Below the pieces are notes generated by a model, which ran no database searches, was not told the DNA's origin, and was given only the letters and a program-made list of their open reading frames with translations. Both the position numbers and the translations under genes were made by a program. This document shows, one piece after another, positions 1 to 9,858 of a stretch of DNA of 64,000 nucleotides; within the stretch, counting starts at the first letter, position 1, and each line of letters begins with the position of its first letter. The DNA comes from Candidatus Latescibacterota bacterium (lineage in GTDB: Bacteria; Latescibacterota; UBA2968; UBA8231), in NCBI GenBank assembly GCA_965197905.1, contig CBDAOB010000005.1:2496001-2560000 (forward strand). Reading direction: 5' to 3'.

Positions 1-76
1 TTTCCGGGCGTATCTGGACCGTGCGGGACGAGGTCTCGCCGCGGCCGGTGAAATCCCGTATCGACTCAACTGCCAT
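1..76 (-). CDS. 5' end of the next flagellar-operon gene (MAVESIRDFTGRGE..., runs off the window), possibly FliE
   Basis: ATG at 76 overlaps the end of the SLT gene and has a GGGAG-like RBS upstream. The frame stays open to the window edge. The FliE guess rests on flgBC-fliE synteny only. Confidence 0.4.
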   Translation of the reverse strand, partial: MAVESIRDFTGRGETSSRTVQIRPE

Positions 77-716
77 GATTGCTTGGCTCCCGACTCGCAC
101 CGAGAAAACGTCGGATTCGAAGAACCCGGGGAACGTACTCCTGGGTCTCCAACGGCATGAACTCCCGCTCTACTGCCGTCGGACCCGCGTTATAAGCCCA
201 CAGCGCTACCTCGACCGATTGGAAACGGTCCAGCATCTCGCGCAGATAGCGCGTTCCGGATGAGATGTTGGTCTCAGGATCAAACCGTTCCTCAGCGCCT
301 AACTCGACGAACGACTGGGGCATGAGCTGCATCAGCCCGCTGGCCCCCTTTGGAGACACGGCACGAGGATTTCCGCCTGATTCGACGTATATCACGGCGC
401 GCACCAGATCGGGGTCCAGCTCGTGAATCTCGCTGTACCCGTCAACCAGGTCGTGAAATTGTGCTATCCGGTGAAGGATGGTGCGGTTCAACTCGGTTGC
501 CACCACTCGATTCGGCGTTGGTGCCGTTTTGACCGACGGGCGGGCTTTGGTGCTGCGACTGAGAATGCTGCTTGCCGTCGTTTGCTCGAAGCTACGAGCC
601 AGAATGACCCTCTGCGGCGTGTCCCTGGCCCAACCCACGCAACAGGGCAGGAGAAGCGACAGGGAGACAATAATCTTCGGCAGGATTTTCACGATTGCTC
701 GACCTATCCTATCCAA
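66..716 (-). CDS. Soluble lytic transglycosylase (SLT domain) with signal peptide
   Basis: SLT motifs AVIYVESGGNPRAVSPKGASGLMQLMP, NISSGTRYL, AYNAGP and ETQEYVPRV; hydrophobic N-terminus. Confidence 0.92.
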   Translation of the reverse strand: MDRIGRAIVKILPKIIVSLSLLLPCCVGWARDTPQRVILARSFEQTTASSILSRSTKARPSVKTAPTPNRVVATELNRTILHRIAQFHDLVDGYSEIHELDPDLVRAVIYVESGGNPRAVSPKGASGLMQLMPQSFVELGAEERFDPETNISSGTRYLREMLDRFQSVEVALWAYNAGPTAVEREFMPLETQEYVPRVLRIRRFLGASREPSNHGS

Positions 717-1045
717 TCCACTAGGCGTCCGTGCGCGGCAGAGAACCCTTGTCCGGCGTTTCTGCCGGAGAGGTCATATGTCTTCGCCTGCGTCGGTTCT
801 TCCTGCCCTGCGGCGCCCTCATCCTGAGATCCAAAGTATTGGACCAGCGAAAGAGCCTCTTCGTCGGTCAACTGAGCCTGAAGAGCTGGCGTCGAGGTGA
901 TCTGGGAAGGCACTTCGGCCGCGCGATTCGCGTCAACTCGGTTGTTGGGCTGAACACCGCGGTCGCTGACCGTCAGATCCACTTTCCGTGGACCTACTGC
1001 CGTTTTGGCTTCTTCGATCCCTGATGTTATGCCGTTGATGTTCAC
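704..1045 (-). CDS. Hypothetical protein in the flagellar operon
   Basis: GTG start with GGAGA RBS; fills the gap between flgC and the SLT gene on the same strand. Confidence 0.65.
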   Translation of the reverse strand: MNINGITSGIEEAKTAVGPRKVDLTVSDRGVQPNNRVDANRAAEVPSQITSTPALQAQLTDEEALSLVQYFGSQDEGAAGQEEPTQAKTYDLSGRNAGQGFSAAHGRLVDWIG

Positions 1046-1065
1046 CGTGTTCTCCCGTTGATCAC

Positions 1066-1557
1066 CTAGATGTCAAGCGACCTGTTGACCATGTCCTTGG
1101 CCGCGTTCATGACGGTAATGTTGGCTTCGTATGCTCTGGAGGCGGCAATCATGTCCACCATCTCCGTTATGGCGTTGACGTCCGGATACATGACATATCC
1201 GTCCTCCCGCGCGTCGGGATGGTTGGGGTCGAACACCATGCGCGGTTTGATCGGCTCTTCCCTGACTTCCTGCGAAAGCACGCCGGATCCGGTAAAGAAT
1301 TCGCCGGGCCGGGGGTCGCCTTCCAACAGGTGCCTATCACTGGTCTGGCGCAACCGGCTTTTCGAGGTCTCGAGCATGGTCGAAAACTTGCTCAGCTTGG
1401 GCGCCTCGAGCATGACGACGCGACGCCGCTTGTACGGGCCCCCTTCGTCTGTACGGGTTGTGTCGACGTTGGCGATATTCGACGCGATCGCGGTCATCTT
1501 GCGCCGCTGTGCGCTCAGGCCGGATGCGCTGATATCGAGTGTGTCAAAAATCTGCAT
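1066..1557 (-). CDS. flgC: Flagellar basal-body rod protein FlgC
   Basis: ISASGLSAQRRKM..IASNIANVDTTR..GGPYKRRRVV; DPNHPDA..GYVMYPDVN..EMVDMIAASRAYEAN. Confidence 0.97.
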   Translation of the reverse strand: MQIFDTLDISASGLSAQRRKMTAIASNIANVDTTRTDEGGPYKRRRVVMLEAPKLSKFSTMLETSKSRLRQTSDRHLLEGDPRPGEFFTGSGVLSQEVREEPIKPRMVFDPNHPDAREDGYVMYPDVNAITEMVDMIAASRAYEANITVMNAAKDMVNRSLDI

Positions 1558-1584
1558 GAGTATTCCTCGTCTGTTTCGGTCTGC

Positions 1585-1998
1585 TTATCCCGGACGTCCG
1601 ACGATGCTCTTCTTGAGCCCGTTGAAGCTGCCGGCAAGCAGGCGAGCTCCAACGTTGAAGAACAGGTGATTCTCGGCGAGCGTGGCCATTTCTTTGTCCA
1701 CGTCGACATTATTCAGGCCGCCGTCGTTCAGTTCGGATTCGGGTTCAAATACTTCCGGATTGTTGATCGGTCGAGGGATGGCGATGTGCCGTGAGTCGGA
1801 GGTGTGGCCCTCCACCAGCGGTTTGCGCACGTAGGAATCGAGATACTCTTGAAATCGCACACGCTGGACGCGGTATCCCTTCGTCGACACGTTGGCGATG
1901 TTGTTGGCAATCACCCGTTGCCGCAACTGGGACACGTCGAGCACCGCGTTGAGAACCGGCACCTTCGTCTTGTTAAACAGAACTTTGTCTAGAAACAT
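1585..1998 (-). CDS. flgB: Flagellar basal-body rod protein FlgB
   Basis: RQRVIANNIANVSTKGY; NNVDVDKEMATLAEN; lies directly upstream of flgC. Confidence 0.96.
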   Translation of the reverse strand: MFLDKVLFNKTKVPVLNAVLDVSQLRQRVIANNIANVSTKGYRVQRVRFQEYLDSYVRKPLVEGHTSDSRHIAIPRPINNPEVFEPESELNDGGLNNVDVDKEMATLAENHLFFNVGARLLAGSFNGLKKSIVGRPG

Positions 1999-2053
1999 CT
2001 TCGCCTCCGCGAGCCTCTCGCACAGTTCCGCACACTAAACTGGCTTGCAGTTG

Positions 2054-2069
2054 AGCAATACCCATGCCT
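2054..2069 (-). promoter_or_regulatory. Sigma54 (-24/-12) promoter of the flgB operon
   Basis: Minus strand reads AGGCATGGGTATTGCT (GG-N10-GC), about 55 nt upstream of flgB. An AT-rich IHF-like element lies at 2088-2114. Confidence 0.75.
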
Positions 2070-2287
2070 TTTTGCCCTTCTGTCGTTGTAAGATATTGTA
2101 ACTGATAGGTTTACAGAGGCACTAATCGGCGGAGCGGCCTTGAAAACGGATCGAGAGAAGGAAGTTTGAACGGGGTTAAAGGAGTGGTGGGGAAACTTTT
2201 ACCAGGAGGTCTCTCCCTGGGGCTAAACGAGGCCGAACCGTTTTAAAGGGGGGCGTTGGGGCCCCTGCGGCGACGAATTGATGTGTC

Positions 2288-3262
2288 TCAGTCGCGCGCG
2301 GAATCCGCTCCGCTGACTGGCGGGCCACCGCTTCTTCCCTGGTGGACCCGTGCCAGCATGTCGCCCAGCAGACCGGTTGAAAACAGCTGGATTCCAACGA
2401 TGATCAGCAGAACACCTAGAATAAGGAGGGGATGTCGGTTCTGGATGTTCCCATGCTCGAACCGGAGGAAAGCGATGTATCCGCAAATGGCGACGCCACC
2501 GAATGTAGACAGCAACCCCAGGCTGCCGAAAAGGTGCATCGGTGTAGACATAAATCGGACGACGAAGGTGATGGAAAGCAGATCCAGAAAGCCGTTGAGC
2601 AGGCGCCTGGTACCGAACTTCGAGCGGCCGAATCTCCGTTTGCGATGTTGGACGGGAATCTCCCCCACCCGATATCCCGCCCAGTGGGCGATGGCGGGCA
2701 GATAGCGATACAACTCCCCGTAGAGATAGGGCAGCGCGTCTTCAGCAACCTCCCGACGATACGCTTTCAATCCACAATTGAAGTCGTGCAGGCGCAAGCC
2801 CGACACCATGGAGGTGACCCGATTGAACAGCTTGGAGGGGGCCGTTTTGGTAATCGGATCCTGCCGGTTTTTCTTCCATCCCGAGACCAGATCGAATCCG
2901 TCGTCGAGCTTGCTCAACAGGCTCGGGATTTCTTTTGGATCATCTTGGAGATCGGCATCCATGGTGACGACTACGTCGCCCCTCGCTTCTCTGAATCCGG
3001 CCGCCAATGCCGCCGCCTTGCGGTAGTTGCGGCGGAAACGAATAAGGCGGACAAAATCGTAGCGCTCGCTCAAACGCTCCAATACGGAGAATGAGTCGTC
3101 GCGGCTGCCATCGTCAACGAAGATCACCTCAGCGTCGAGCTCGAGAGTCCGCAGCACCTCGTCGAGCTCAGCACAGAGGACCTCCAGACTTTCTTCCTCT
3201 TCAAAAACCGGAACAACAACTGAAAGCGCCAGTTCCGCGGCAGAACCCCGTAGCTCACTCAT
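2288..3262 (-). CDS. Glycosyltransferase family 2, ArnC/DPM1-like polyprenol-phosphate glycosyltransferase
   Basis: SVVVPVFEE, FVDDGSRD, TMDADLQDDP, DFNCGLKAYR and two C-terminal TM helices. Confidence 0.93.
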   Translation of the reverse strand: MSELRGSAAELALSVVVPVFEEEESLEVLCAELDEVLRTLELDAEVIFVDDGSRDDSFSVLERLSERYDFVRLIRFRRNYRKAAALAAGFREARGDVVVTMDADLQDDPKEIPSLLSKLDDGFDLVSGWKKNRQDPITKTAPSKLFNRVTSMVSGLRLHDFNCGLKAYRREVAEDALPYLYGELYRYLPAIAHWAGYRVGEIPVQHRKRRFGRSKFGTRRLLNGFLDLLSITFVVRFMSTPMHLFGSLGLLSTFGGVAICGYIAFLRFEHGNIQNRHPLLILGVLLIIVGIQLFSTGLLGDMLARVHQGRSGGPPVSGADSARD

Positions 3263-5459
3263 GGGTGGTTTTTTTCACCTGAATGGACCGAGCCAATTTC
3301 TTGAGCCTTCCGTTTTTCGGATCCTGGGCCAGAGCCGCTTCCACCGCATCCTGGGCGGCATCGAGGTTGCCTTCTACCAGATGAACATGGGCCAGGTTCG
3401 CCTGCCATTCGGAAGCGTTCTCCGGGGCCCAGTTCAAGGCGCGATTCAGTGACTCCTTTGCCTCCGAATATTGACCTAGAGCCAAATAAACGCCACCAAG
3501 ATTCCCTTGAACCACTCCGTCGCGCGGGCGCAACGTGGCCGCGCGACTCAGTACAGAAAGCGCCTCTTCCAGCTTTCCGGCCTGCGCGTACTCGAACCCC
3601 AAACTCCCGACGAGGGAGGGATCTTCCCGTCTGAACGAAAGCGCCTGTTTCCAAACATCGATAGCCTCCAGGTGTTTGCCGTTTCCACGTCGGGCCAGTG
3701 CCAGGAGCCGGTAAGCCTCCACATCCAGCGGACGGAATCGCGTCAGATGTTTCATCAGGTCTTCCGCGTCGCCGATGTCTCCCAATTTGAAAAGCGACTC
3801 GCCCAACAGCTGCAGCGCAACGGCATTCTTGGGATGAAGCTGCAAACTGCGATGCAGAGCATCCCTCGCGTCCGCATGCCTCCCCATCGCCAACTCGACC
3901 TGACCCAGCATGCGATGATACCTGTGGTCATAGTCGCGCCAATCGATCGCCCTCTCGAAAGCGAGCTTGGCGCGATTGGCATGCCGATCTTGAATGTAGC
4001 TTTTCAAACCTCGCAAATAATAGTGATCTCCCATGATTATGGACAAACACCTGTGGGAACCCGCAAACAGCACGGTAGCAGCCAGCGCGGCCAACGCGAG
4101 TCGAGGACCGAAAGAAAGCTGCTTGCTGACGCGAGGAGATTCACCACTCCGGCTGGCCGCAAGCAACAGGCCCGCAAACAGGTAGAAGTGAGTCGCGGCG
4201 GTGGGATCCTGCAAGGTGAAGCTGAACAGGTTGTGGCCGAGCACGCCGATCATGGCCGCCTGGCAGCCAAGCACGACCAGCCGTGCAGGGTTCGCGGCCC
4301 TCCTTCTCACAATCGCCCCACCGGCCCAGATCAAGCTGCCCAGCATCCAAAGGAATGCCCCCAGGCCGACGATCCCGGTCTCGGCGGCCTGTTCCAGGTA
4401 TTCGTTGTGAGCGCGGTAGGCGATGTGCTGACGATCTCCCATCAGCTCGCTCCATTCCCGGTGTCGCGCCACGGACCTGTGGGAAGGGAGATGCAGCTCG
4501 AAGTTGCCCGGCCCGGTCCCAAGCAAGAGTCTGGACCGTATCAGGTCCACCGAGTCTGACCAAATGATTCGGCGCATCGCGATGGAGAAATCGTCGCGGT
4601 CGAACGCCGACTGCGCCCGCTGCCAGGCGTCGCGGGCGATATACTCGAACCGCTGGCTCAGTCGGTCGCCAGAGCTGAGCGTGATTTCTCGGCTGCCCAA
4701 CCAGAGCCCGGGGGCCAACAGCGCCATGACCAGAGCGCTTCTAGCCAGGATCGGTAGGATTCTGATGTCCCGCCTTGTGGCGATCAGGATGAAAAGCAGG
4801 GACAGTGCCGCCACCGCCCATCCAGCTCTGCTGCGCGTTATCAATAGATGGAAAGAGGCGAAAAGAATGGTCGAGGACAGCCAAACCTTTGCCCAGGTCG
4901 AACGCGAGTGGAGGAGCAGCACCGCCACCACCGGGAGTACCATACACAGATAGTGTGCCACGAAGTTGGGGTTTCCGAGAGTGGAAACAGGATGATCCCC
5001 ATACGCGGCGGGAAGGGGAATGAGATGAATTCCGAAGTACTGCAGCAGCCCGAGGAAAGCGACTGCATGGCCAACCAACGACACGATCCAGAGTATTCCG
5101 GCGATCTCTCCCACCCCGCGAACACTGTTGGCCACAACCAGGCAGAAAACCAGCAGGCTTACTTGAGCCGCCAGGATTTCCAACGACAACGCCCCGTTCT
5201 GTGCCAAAAGCATGCAGAGCAAGGAGACGCACCCAAAGGCGAGCATAGGCAGATGCGCCTGAAAAGTCACCCATTCAAGGCGTCGGTCCAGAATCCAGCC
5301 AACGAGCAGAAGGCAGAGCAACAAACCGCCGCCGGCGTAGATTGCGGCTTTCTTCGCAATCATGTAGTCGCTGAGGCCGTCCGAGTAAGGTAGGGTCGTA
5401 GCGGCGAGCACTAGGGGAATACCGACCCACACGATACCCCGGCGCATGCGCTCCGCCAT
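3255..5459 (-). CDS. O-antigen ligase (Wzy_C/PglL-like) membrane protein with C-terminal TPR domain
   Basis: Multi-TM protein with STLGNPNF, TRSRAGW, LLGTGPGNF and AHNEYLEQAAETGIVG, followed by TPR helices. The ATG at 5459 overlaps the upstream TGA. Confidence 0.88.
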   Translation of the reverse strand: MAERMRRGIVWVGIPLVLAATTLPYSDGLSDYMIAKKAAIYAGGGLLLCLLLVGWILDRRLEWVTFQAHLPMLAFGCVSLLCMLLAQNGALSLEILAAQVSLLVFCLVVANSVRGVGEIAGILWIVSLVGHAVAFLGLLQYFGIHLIPLPAAYGDHPVSTLGNPNFVAHYLCMVLPVVAVLLLHSRSTWAKVWLSSTILFASFHLLITRSRAGWAVAALSLLFILIATRRDIRILPILARSALVMALLAPGLWLGSREITLSSGDRLSQRFEYIARDAWQRAQSAFDRDDFSIAMRRIIWSDSVDLIRSRLLLGTGPGNFELHLPSHRSVARHREWSELMGDRQHIAYRAHNEYLEQAAETGIVGLGAFLWMLGSLIWAGGAIVRRRAANPARLVVLGCQAAMIGVLGHNLFSFTLQDPTAATHFYLFAGLLLAASRSGESPRVSKQLSFGPRLALAALAATVLFAGSHRCLSIIMGDHYYLRGLKSYIQDRHANRAKLAFERAIDWRDYDHRYHRMLGQVELAMGRHADARDALHRSLQLHPKNAVALQLLGESLFKLGDIGDAEDLMKHLTRFRPLDVEAYRLLALARRGNGKHLEAIDVWKQALSFRREDPSLVGSLGFEYAQAGKLEEALSVLSRAATLRPRDGVVQGNLGGVYLALGQYSEAKESLNRALNWAPENASEWQANLAHVHLVEGNLDAAQDAVEAALAQDPKNGRLKKLARSIQVKKTTHE

Positions 5460-7990
5460 CAGGCTACCTCTCTGTGAGATTGAACCGGGTGCGAAGGGCG
5501 CAGCACGAAACGGACGAGCAGCAACCCCAGACCCCCGGAAACGATGTTGAGCTTGACATCCTTGAGTTCGAAGTAGCGGTCCGGCAACACCCACTGAATC
5601 GTCTCGTCGCCAAATCCGATTATTGCCGTTACAAGAAAGCTCACGACATATGCCCTGCCGTGATTCATGTGGAGGGCGAGAGCTCGAAAGAGGAAAAAAC
5701 TCACGAACCCGTACTCCACGAGATGCAGCCTTTCGGCGGGATACACCGCAAATCGGTTCAGCAGGTAAGCGTAGGCCAAGACAACGAGCGACAGCACCAC
5801 TCCCGATGACCAGGGATGCCGGCTCAGAGATCGCCAGGAACCGACTGTGGCGCCCAGTACGGCTGCGGCTACTGCCACGATCCCGAGATACCTAACGGCA
5901 CCTTCGGTGTATTCGTTCAAGACCCCCCACACCAGGGGCAACAGCGGAATCGTGGCAAAAACGAAGGCGAGGTAACAAACGACGGCCAACCAGGCTAGTG
6001 ACTTTTTTCTGCCCAACCTCGCGAAGGTAGGCTGGAGAATCGCCGCCACGATCGCCAACAACAGCGCGTACGCGGCGATGTCGGAAACCGGCACCGAACC
6101 CGCCCAAAGCAGAAGATCAAGGAAACCCTTTCCCAACCCCACAACGAGATCGATGGAAACAGACGTCATATGCCTAAGAGTTCCAGGCATCGAGATCAGG
6201 GTCGACCAGAACGAAACTGCAGCCGGTCCAGCGGCCGTCGGAACCAGGTGAAAGGTCACCCATGCACTCTTGGCACCGGGTCTGTTCTGCTGATAAACGC
6301 GAAATTTGAACGGATTGTAGAGCGCGAGGGAATTCCAGAAGGTCTCCTGATAGGGACCGTAACCCGGCGACGCGTTCGACACCTCCAGCTCACCTTCGAG
6401 ATGGTATGCCGCATGGCCTACTACGTACTCGATTACGTACGCGGCTCGCGGCTCCCCCGTCCAGTGCAGCTGAATGGTATACTCCTCTCCGCGATACCGC
6501 AGGCTGTCGCCCTGGGTTGGGAACAAGATCTGCGGGGGACCTTCGGTTGCGCCGGAAGGCCAAGCACCTGTTGCGCTCTTTCCTTCCCCCGCATCTTCGG
6601 TCGCGCTCGAGGTACGCGGCTGAGCAGCAAAGCCCCAGTGGTGCAGTCGCGTCCGCAGGCTGTCGGCAACGTCGGGGAAATCGGACTTGACGTCCTCGCT
6701 CTCATACGGATCGGCCCCAAGGTCGAAAAGGGTGAATTCCTCTTCCTCCACGCTGTGCACCAGCTTCCAGCGGTCGGTGCGCACAGCTCGGTAGCGCCGT
6801 TTGTACTGTTCGGGATTCGCCGTGTACCCCCCACCCGAGGTTTCGACGAAGACCGGGCGCTGACGCCAACCCCTGCTGCGGTTGATCAGGGGCATAAGCG
6901 ACTGCCCCGGCAACCCGGAAGGCTGAGCAAGGTCCAGCAGGTCGAGGACGGTAGGGACGATATCGATATTTTGGACCAGCTCCTCTATCACCACGCCTTC
7001 ATTGATGACGCCGGGATACCACAGGAGAAGAGGGATGCGGATCACCTCGTCGTACAACCGGCCCTCTTGGTAGGTAGACACATGGCCCACGAGGCCGTGG
7101 TCCACTAACTCTTCACCGTGATCGGCGGAAACGATCACCAGGGTGTTTTCGGCGAGGGCCAACCCCTCCAGTGTCTTCCGAAGCCGTTTGAAAAACAGCT
7201 GATCCAAACGCCTGATCTCACCGTCGTACAGGGCCTCCACCCACGGCCTGTCCAGGGACCCGAAGTCCAGATCGCCGCGCAGAATCATCACGTTTTTCTT
7301 GACCAGATCGATCTTTTCCCGCGCTAGGAACCAGCGGATCCGACCCCATATGCCCAGCGGAGAATCAAACGCCGCAGGCAAGAACATTTCTTCGAAGGGC
7401 GAGCCCGGCGCATACGGAAGATGCAGATCACGGTAATGGTAGTAGAGAAAGAAAGGCCCATTGTGGGCCTCGCCTTCCAACCATTTGAAGAGTATCTCGT
7501 CTCCGTCCGGCAGGTAGCGAGCGCGAGCGGGGTACGACTCCAGACCGAGATTGCTGAAATTGGGAATGCCGCTCAGAAAAAAGATATCCGGAGCGCGATA
7601 CCCGGCCCTCCGCAGCAACTCGGGCAGGGTTTCGACCGCCTCATCGAGGCGTCTCCCTCGAATGTCGACCCCGTGGGTAGGGGCGTAGAGACCGGTGAGG
7701 ATGGAGATCAATCCGGGAGTGGTCCAGCCCGAACTGCTGAACGCCTGTTTGAAAAAGGCACCTTCGCGACTGAACCGATCCAGATGCGGGGTGGTCTCTT
7801 TTTCGTATCCGTAGTAGCCAATGTGGTCGGGTCGGAAGGTATCTACTGTTATGAGGATGATGTTGGGTCGGGGTGGCTCTGGCGAATCCGTCGCGATGAG
7901 CGATGCGGGCGCGGCCGCGATCGCGACGCCGATGAGCCACGGACCGACCCTAGCAGCCCGAATGGCTTTTCGCCACTGGCTGCTAGGCAA
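5459..7990 (-). CDS. Sulfatase-like (alkaline phosphatase superfamily) domain fused to a C-terminal VanZ-like membrane domain
   Basis: PNIILITVDTFRPDH, YDGEI, IVSADHGEE, DIVPTVLDL, FDLGADPYE. The C-terminal ERLHLVEYG...DETIQWVLPDRYFELKDVKLN matches the VanZ pattern. Confidence 0.85.
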   Translation of the reverse strand: MPSSQWRKAIRAARVGPWLIGVAIAAAPASLIATDSPEPPRPNIILITVDTFRPDHIGYYGYEKETTPHLDRFSREGAFFKQAFSSSGWTTPGLISILTGLYAPTHGVDIRGRRLDEAVETLPELLRRAGYRAPDIFFLSGIPNFSNLGLESYPARARYLPDGDEILFKWLEGEAHNGPFFLYYHYRDLHLPYAPGSPFEEMFLPAAFDSPLGIWGRIRWFLAREKIDLVKKNVMILRGDLDFGSLDRPWVEALYDGEIRRLDQLFFKRLRKTLEGLALAENTLVIVSADHGEELVDHGLVGHVSTYQEGRLYDEVIRIPLLLWYPGVINEGVVIEELVQNIDIVPTVLDLLDLAQPSGLPGQSLMPLINRSRGWRQRPVFVETSGGGYTANPEQYKRRYRAVRTDRWKLVHSVEEEEFTLFDLGADPYESEDVKSDFPDVADSLRTRLHHWGFAAQPRTSSATEDAGEGKSATGAWPSGATEGPPQILFPTQGDSLRYRGEEYTIQLHWTGEPRAAYVIEYVVGHAAYHLEGELEVSNASPGYGPYQETFWNSLALYNPFKFRVYQQNRPGAKSAWVTFHLVPTAAGPAAVSFWSTLISMPGTLRHMTSVSIDLVVGLGKGFLDLLLWAGSVPVSDIAAYALLLAIVAAILQPTFARLGRKKSLAWLAVVCYLAFVFATIPLLPLVWGVLNEYTEGAVRYLGIVAVAAAVLGATVGSWRSLSRHPWSSGVVLSLVVLAYAYLLNRFAVYPAERLHLVEYGFVSFFLFRALALHMNHGRAYVVSFLVTAIIGFGDETIQWVLPDRYFELKDVKLNIVSGGLGLLLVRFVLRPSHPVQSHREVA

Positions 7991-9005
7991 AGGCGGTATC
8001 CCTTCGTTCCACCCAGACCGCGATGACAGTCAATACCGCGACCGCGCTTCCGACAAGAAAGAGACCAATGAGATTTTCTCCGGCCTGGAACGACAAGGCA
8101 CCTGCGCCAAACAGGGAGGTCAACACCAGGGCCATGATGTCTACCCGGCCGTGACTCCAGCCCAGCTGGCTGAGCCGCTGATACAGGTGTTTCCGATGAC
8201 CCTTGAGAATGTTCTCCCGCCTCAAGGCGCGGCGCACCACCGTGTAACCGGTGTCGAACAGGTAGTAACCCAGAATTAGGGAGAATACCCAAAAGGGAAT
8301 GCCGGCCGCTTGTGCCAGAATCCCCATGACGGCGATCATGAATCCGAGAAACATCGAACCCACGTCGCCCATGAAGATGCGCGCCGGCGGAAGATTGAAC
8401 GCCAGAAATCCCAGGGCGCCGCAGCCGAGGACAAGGGGCAACAACCACAGGTCGGATTCCACCTGGCGGAAGAGCACCAGCGCAAAAAGGCTCATACAGA
8501 TGACCTGGCTGGCGGAGATCCCATCGATGCCATCCATGAAGTTGTAGACGTTGCAGATCGCCGCGATCCACAGGAGGGAAATAATCCAGCCGCTTCTCCC
8601 AAGGTGCGTGGCCGCATACATGGGAAGCTCGACCAGGTCGAACTGGGCACCTATCTGCACCCACACCCCACCGACTGCGAGCTGGACCGCTGCCTTTTCC
8701 CACACGCTAAGGGGACGGACGATGTCGTCCACCACCACCAGAGCGAGAACGGCGGTGCAGACCAAGAGCGGGAAGACCAGCTGTTCGAGCGCCGCGAACT
8801 GGGAGCTGCCGGTTGCCCAAGCGATGAGGAGGCCGGACCAGAAACCGGCCACGATGCCTAAGCCGCCGGCGGTGGGCATCGCCGTTTCGTGGGAGCTGTG
8901 TTCGCGCGGCTCGTCGAGTCCTCCAAAGATTCGAGCTAACTTGAGCACACTCCAGGTGGCTGCCAGGGAGGCGGCCAACGCTCCAACCGGAAGCATCCAG
9001 CTCAT
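7983..9005 (-). CDS. MraY/WecA-family polyprenyl-phosphate sugar-1-phosphate transferase
   Basis: HSSH..PTAGGLG, VVDD, NVYNFMDGIDG, FNLPPARIFMGDVGS and HRKHLYQRL. The likely start is ATG 9005 (ATGA overlap). Confidence 0.92.
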   Translation of the reverse strand: MSWMLPVGALAASLAATWSVLKLARIFGGLDEPREHSSHETAMPTAGGLGIVAGFWSGLLIAWATGSSQFAALEQLVFPLLVCTAVLALVVVDDIVRPLSVWEKAAVQLAVGGVWVQIGAQFDLVELPMYAATHLGRSGWIISLLWIAAICNVYNFMDGIDGISASQVICMSLFALVLFRQVESDLWLLPLVLGCGALGFLAFNLPPARIFMGDVGSMFLGFMIAVMGILAQAAGIPFWVFSLILGYYLFDTGYTVVRRALRRENILKGHRKHLYQRLSQLGWSHGRVDIMALVLTSLFGAGALSFQAGENLIGLFLVGSAVAVLTVIAVWVERRDTAFA

Positions 9006-9858
9006 TCTCGAACCTCCCCAAGCCCGGTGGTGTAGATCCTCGCGAGGGCGTCGTTGAAACTGAGCGGTGCGAAATTGAAGTCCCGAACCGCCGCTTCGAT
9101 GGACGCGGTTTTGTCCTCCTGCAGACGCATCACCTGCTCCCTGTCTATCCCCGGCCGCAAGCCGAGCTTCCCCGCCAACTGGAGCGCCAGGGCGCAGAAC
9201 CTGGGGGGCAGATGAATCTTCACCGGATTCGTGCCCACCGCTGCTCCGACCAGATCGATCATTCGGTCGTATGATATCGGTTCGGGCCCTGCAATTTGGT
9301 AGGTCCCGCAAGAGGTGCTGAACAAAGCCGACAGCGCGACGTCGACGACGTCGTCTACGAAAATCGGCTGCTGCAGACCGCTACCGTCTCCGAACGCCGG
9401 GATGAATCGCCAGCGGTGCAGGTAAGCAGCCAAGCGGCTGACGTTGCGATCTTCCCCGGGGCCAAAAATCATCGAAGATTGTAAGATCGCTGAGGGCAGC
9501 CCAGAGGCAACAATCTGCTCCTCCCCCCTGATCACCATCTCGACGGTAACAGACGCCACCGTCGAGAAACGGCGGAGCTCAGTGCGACGACCCGATCCAG
9601 GTGGCGGTTTGCGCATTCGATCACGGTGGACGCGACCTGCATCCCCGCCAGATGTAGGATCCGGTCAACCCCTTCGAAACCGGCGCGGACCGAGTCCGCC
9701 TTCTCCAGATCGCCTATCCATACCTGGACCTGCATCCGCTCGAACAGCGTGCGCTGGCGCTCGGAGCGTACGAGGCATCGCACCGGGTGACGGTCGGCCA
9801 CCAGTCGCGATACCAGTCGCCGACCGGTGTACCCTGCCGCTCCGGTTACCAGAATCAT
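9002..9858 (-). pseudogene. NAD(P)-dependent epimerase/SDR, split by a frameshift near 9574 (real lesion or sequencing error)
   Basis: The N-terminal MILVTGAAGYTG Rossmann motif is in one frame and the C-terminal SMIFGPG..QPIFVDDV..YQIAGPE in another. Adding one C at AGC TCC (C)GC CGT joins them. Confidence 0.8.

Noticed and set aside
2120..2285. Possible c-di-GMP riboswitch or ncRNA upstream of flgB
   Set aside because: No GEMM-type GCAAA/GAAA architecture is recognisable; there are only weak hairpins.
9006..9311. Extended N-termini given by the ORF track (WecA-like, O-ligase, ilvN, parA, enolase-like, argD)
   Set aside because: The extensions overlap upstream genes. Internal ATGs with stop/start coupling or an RBS are better starts.
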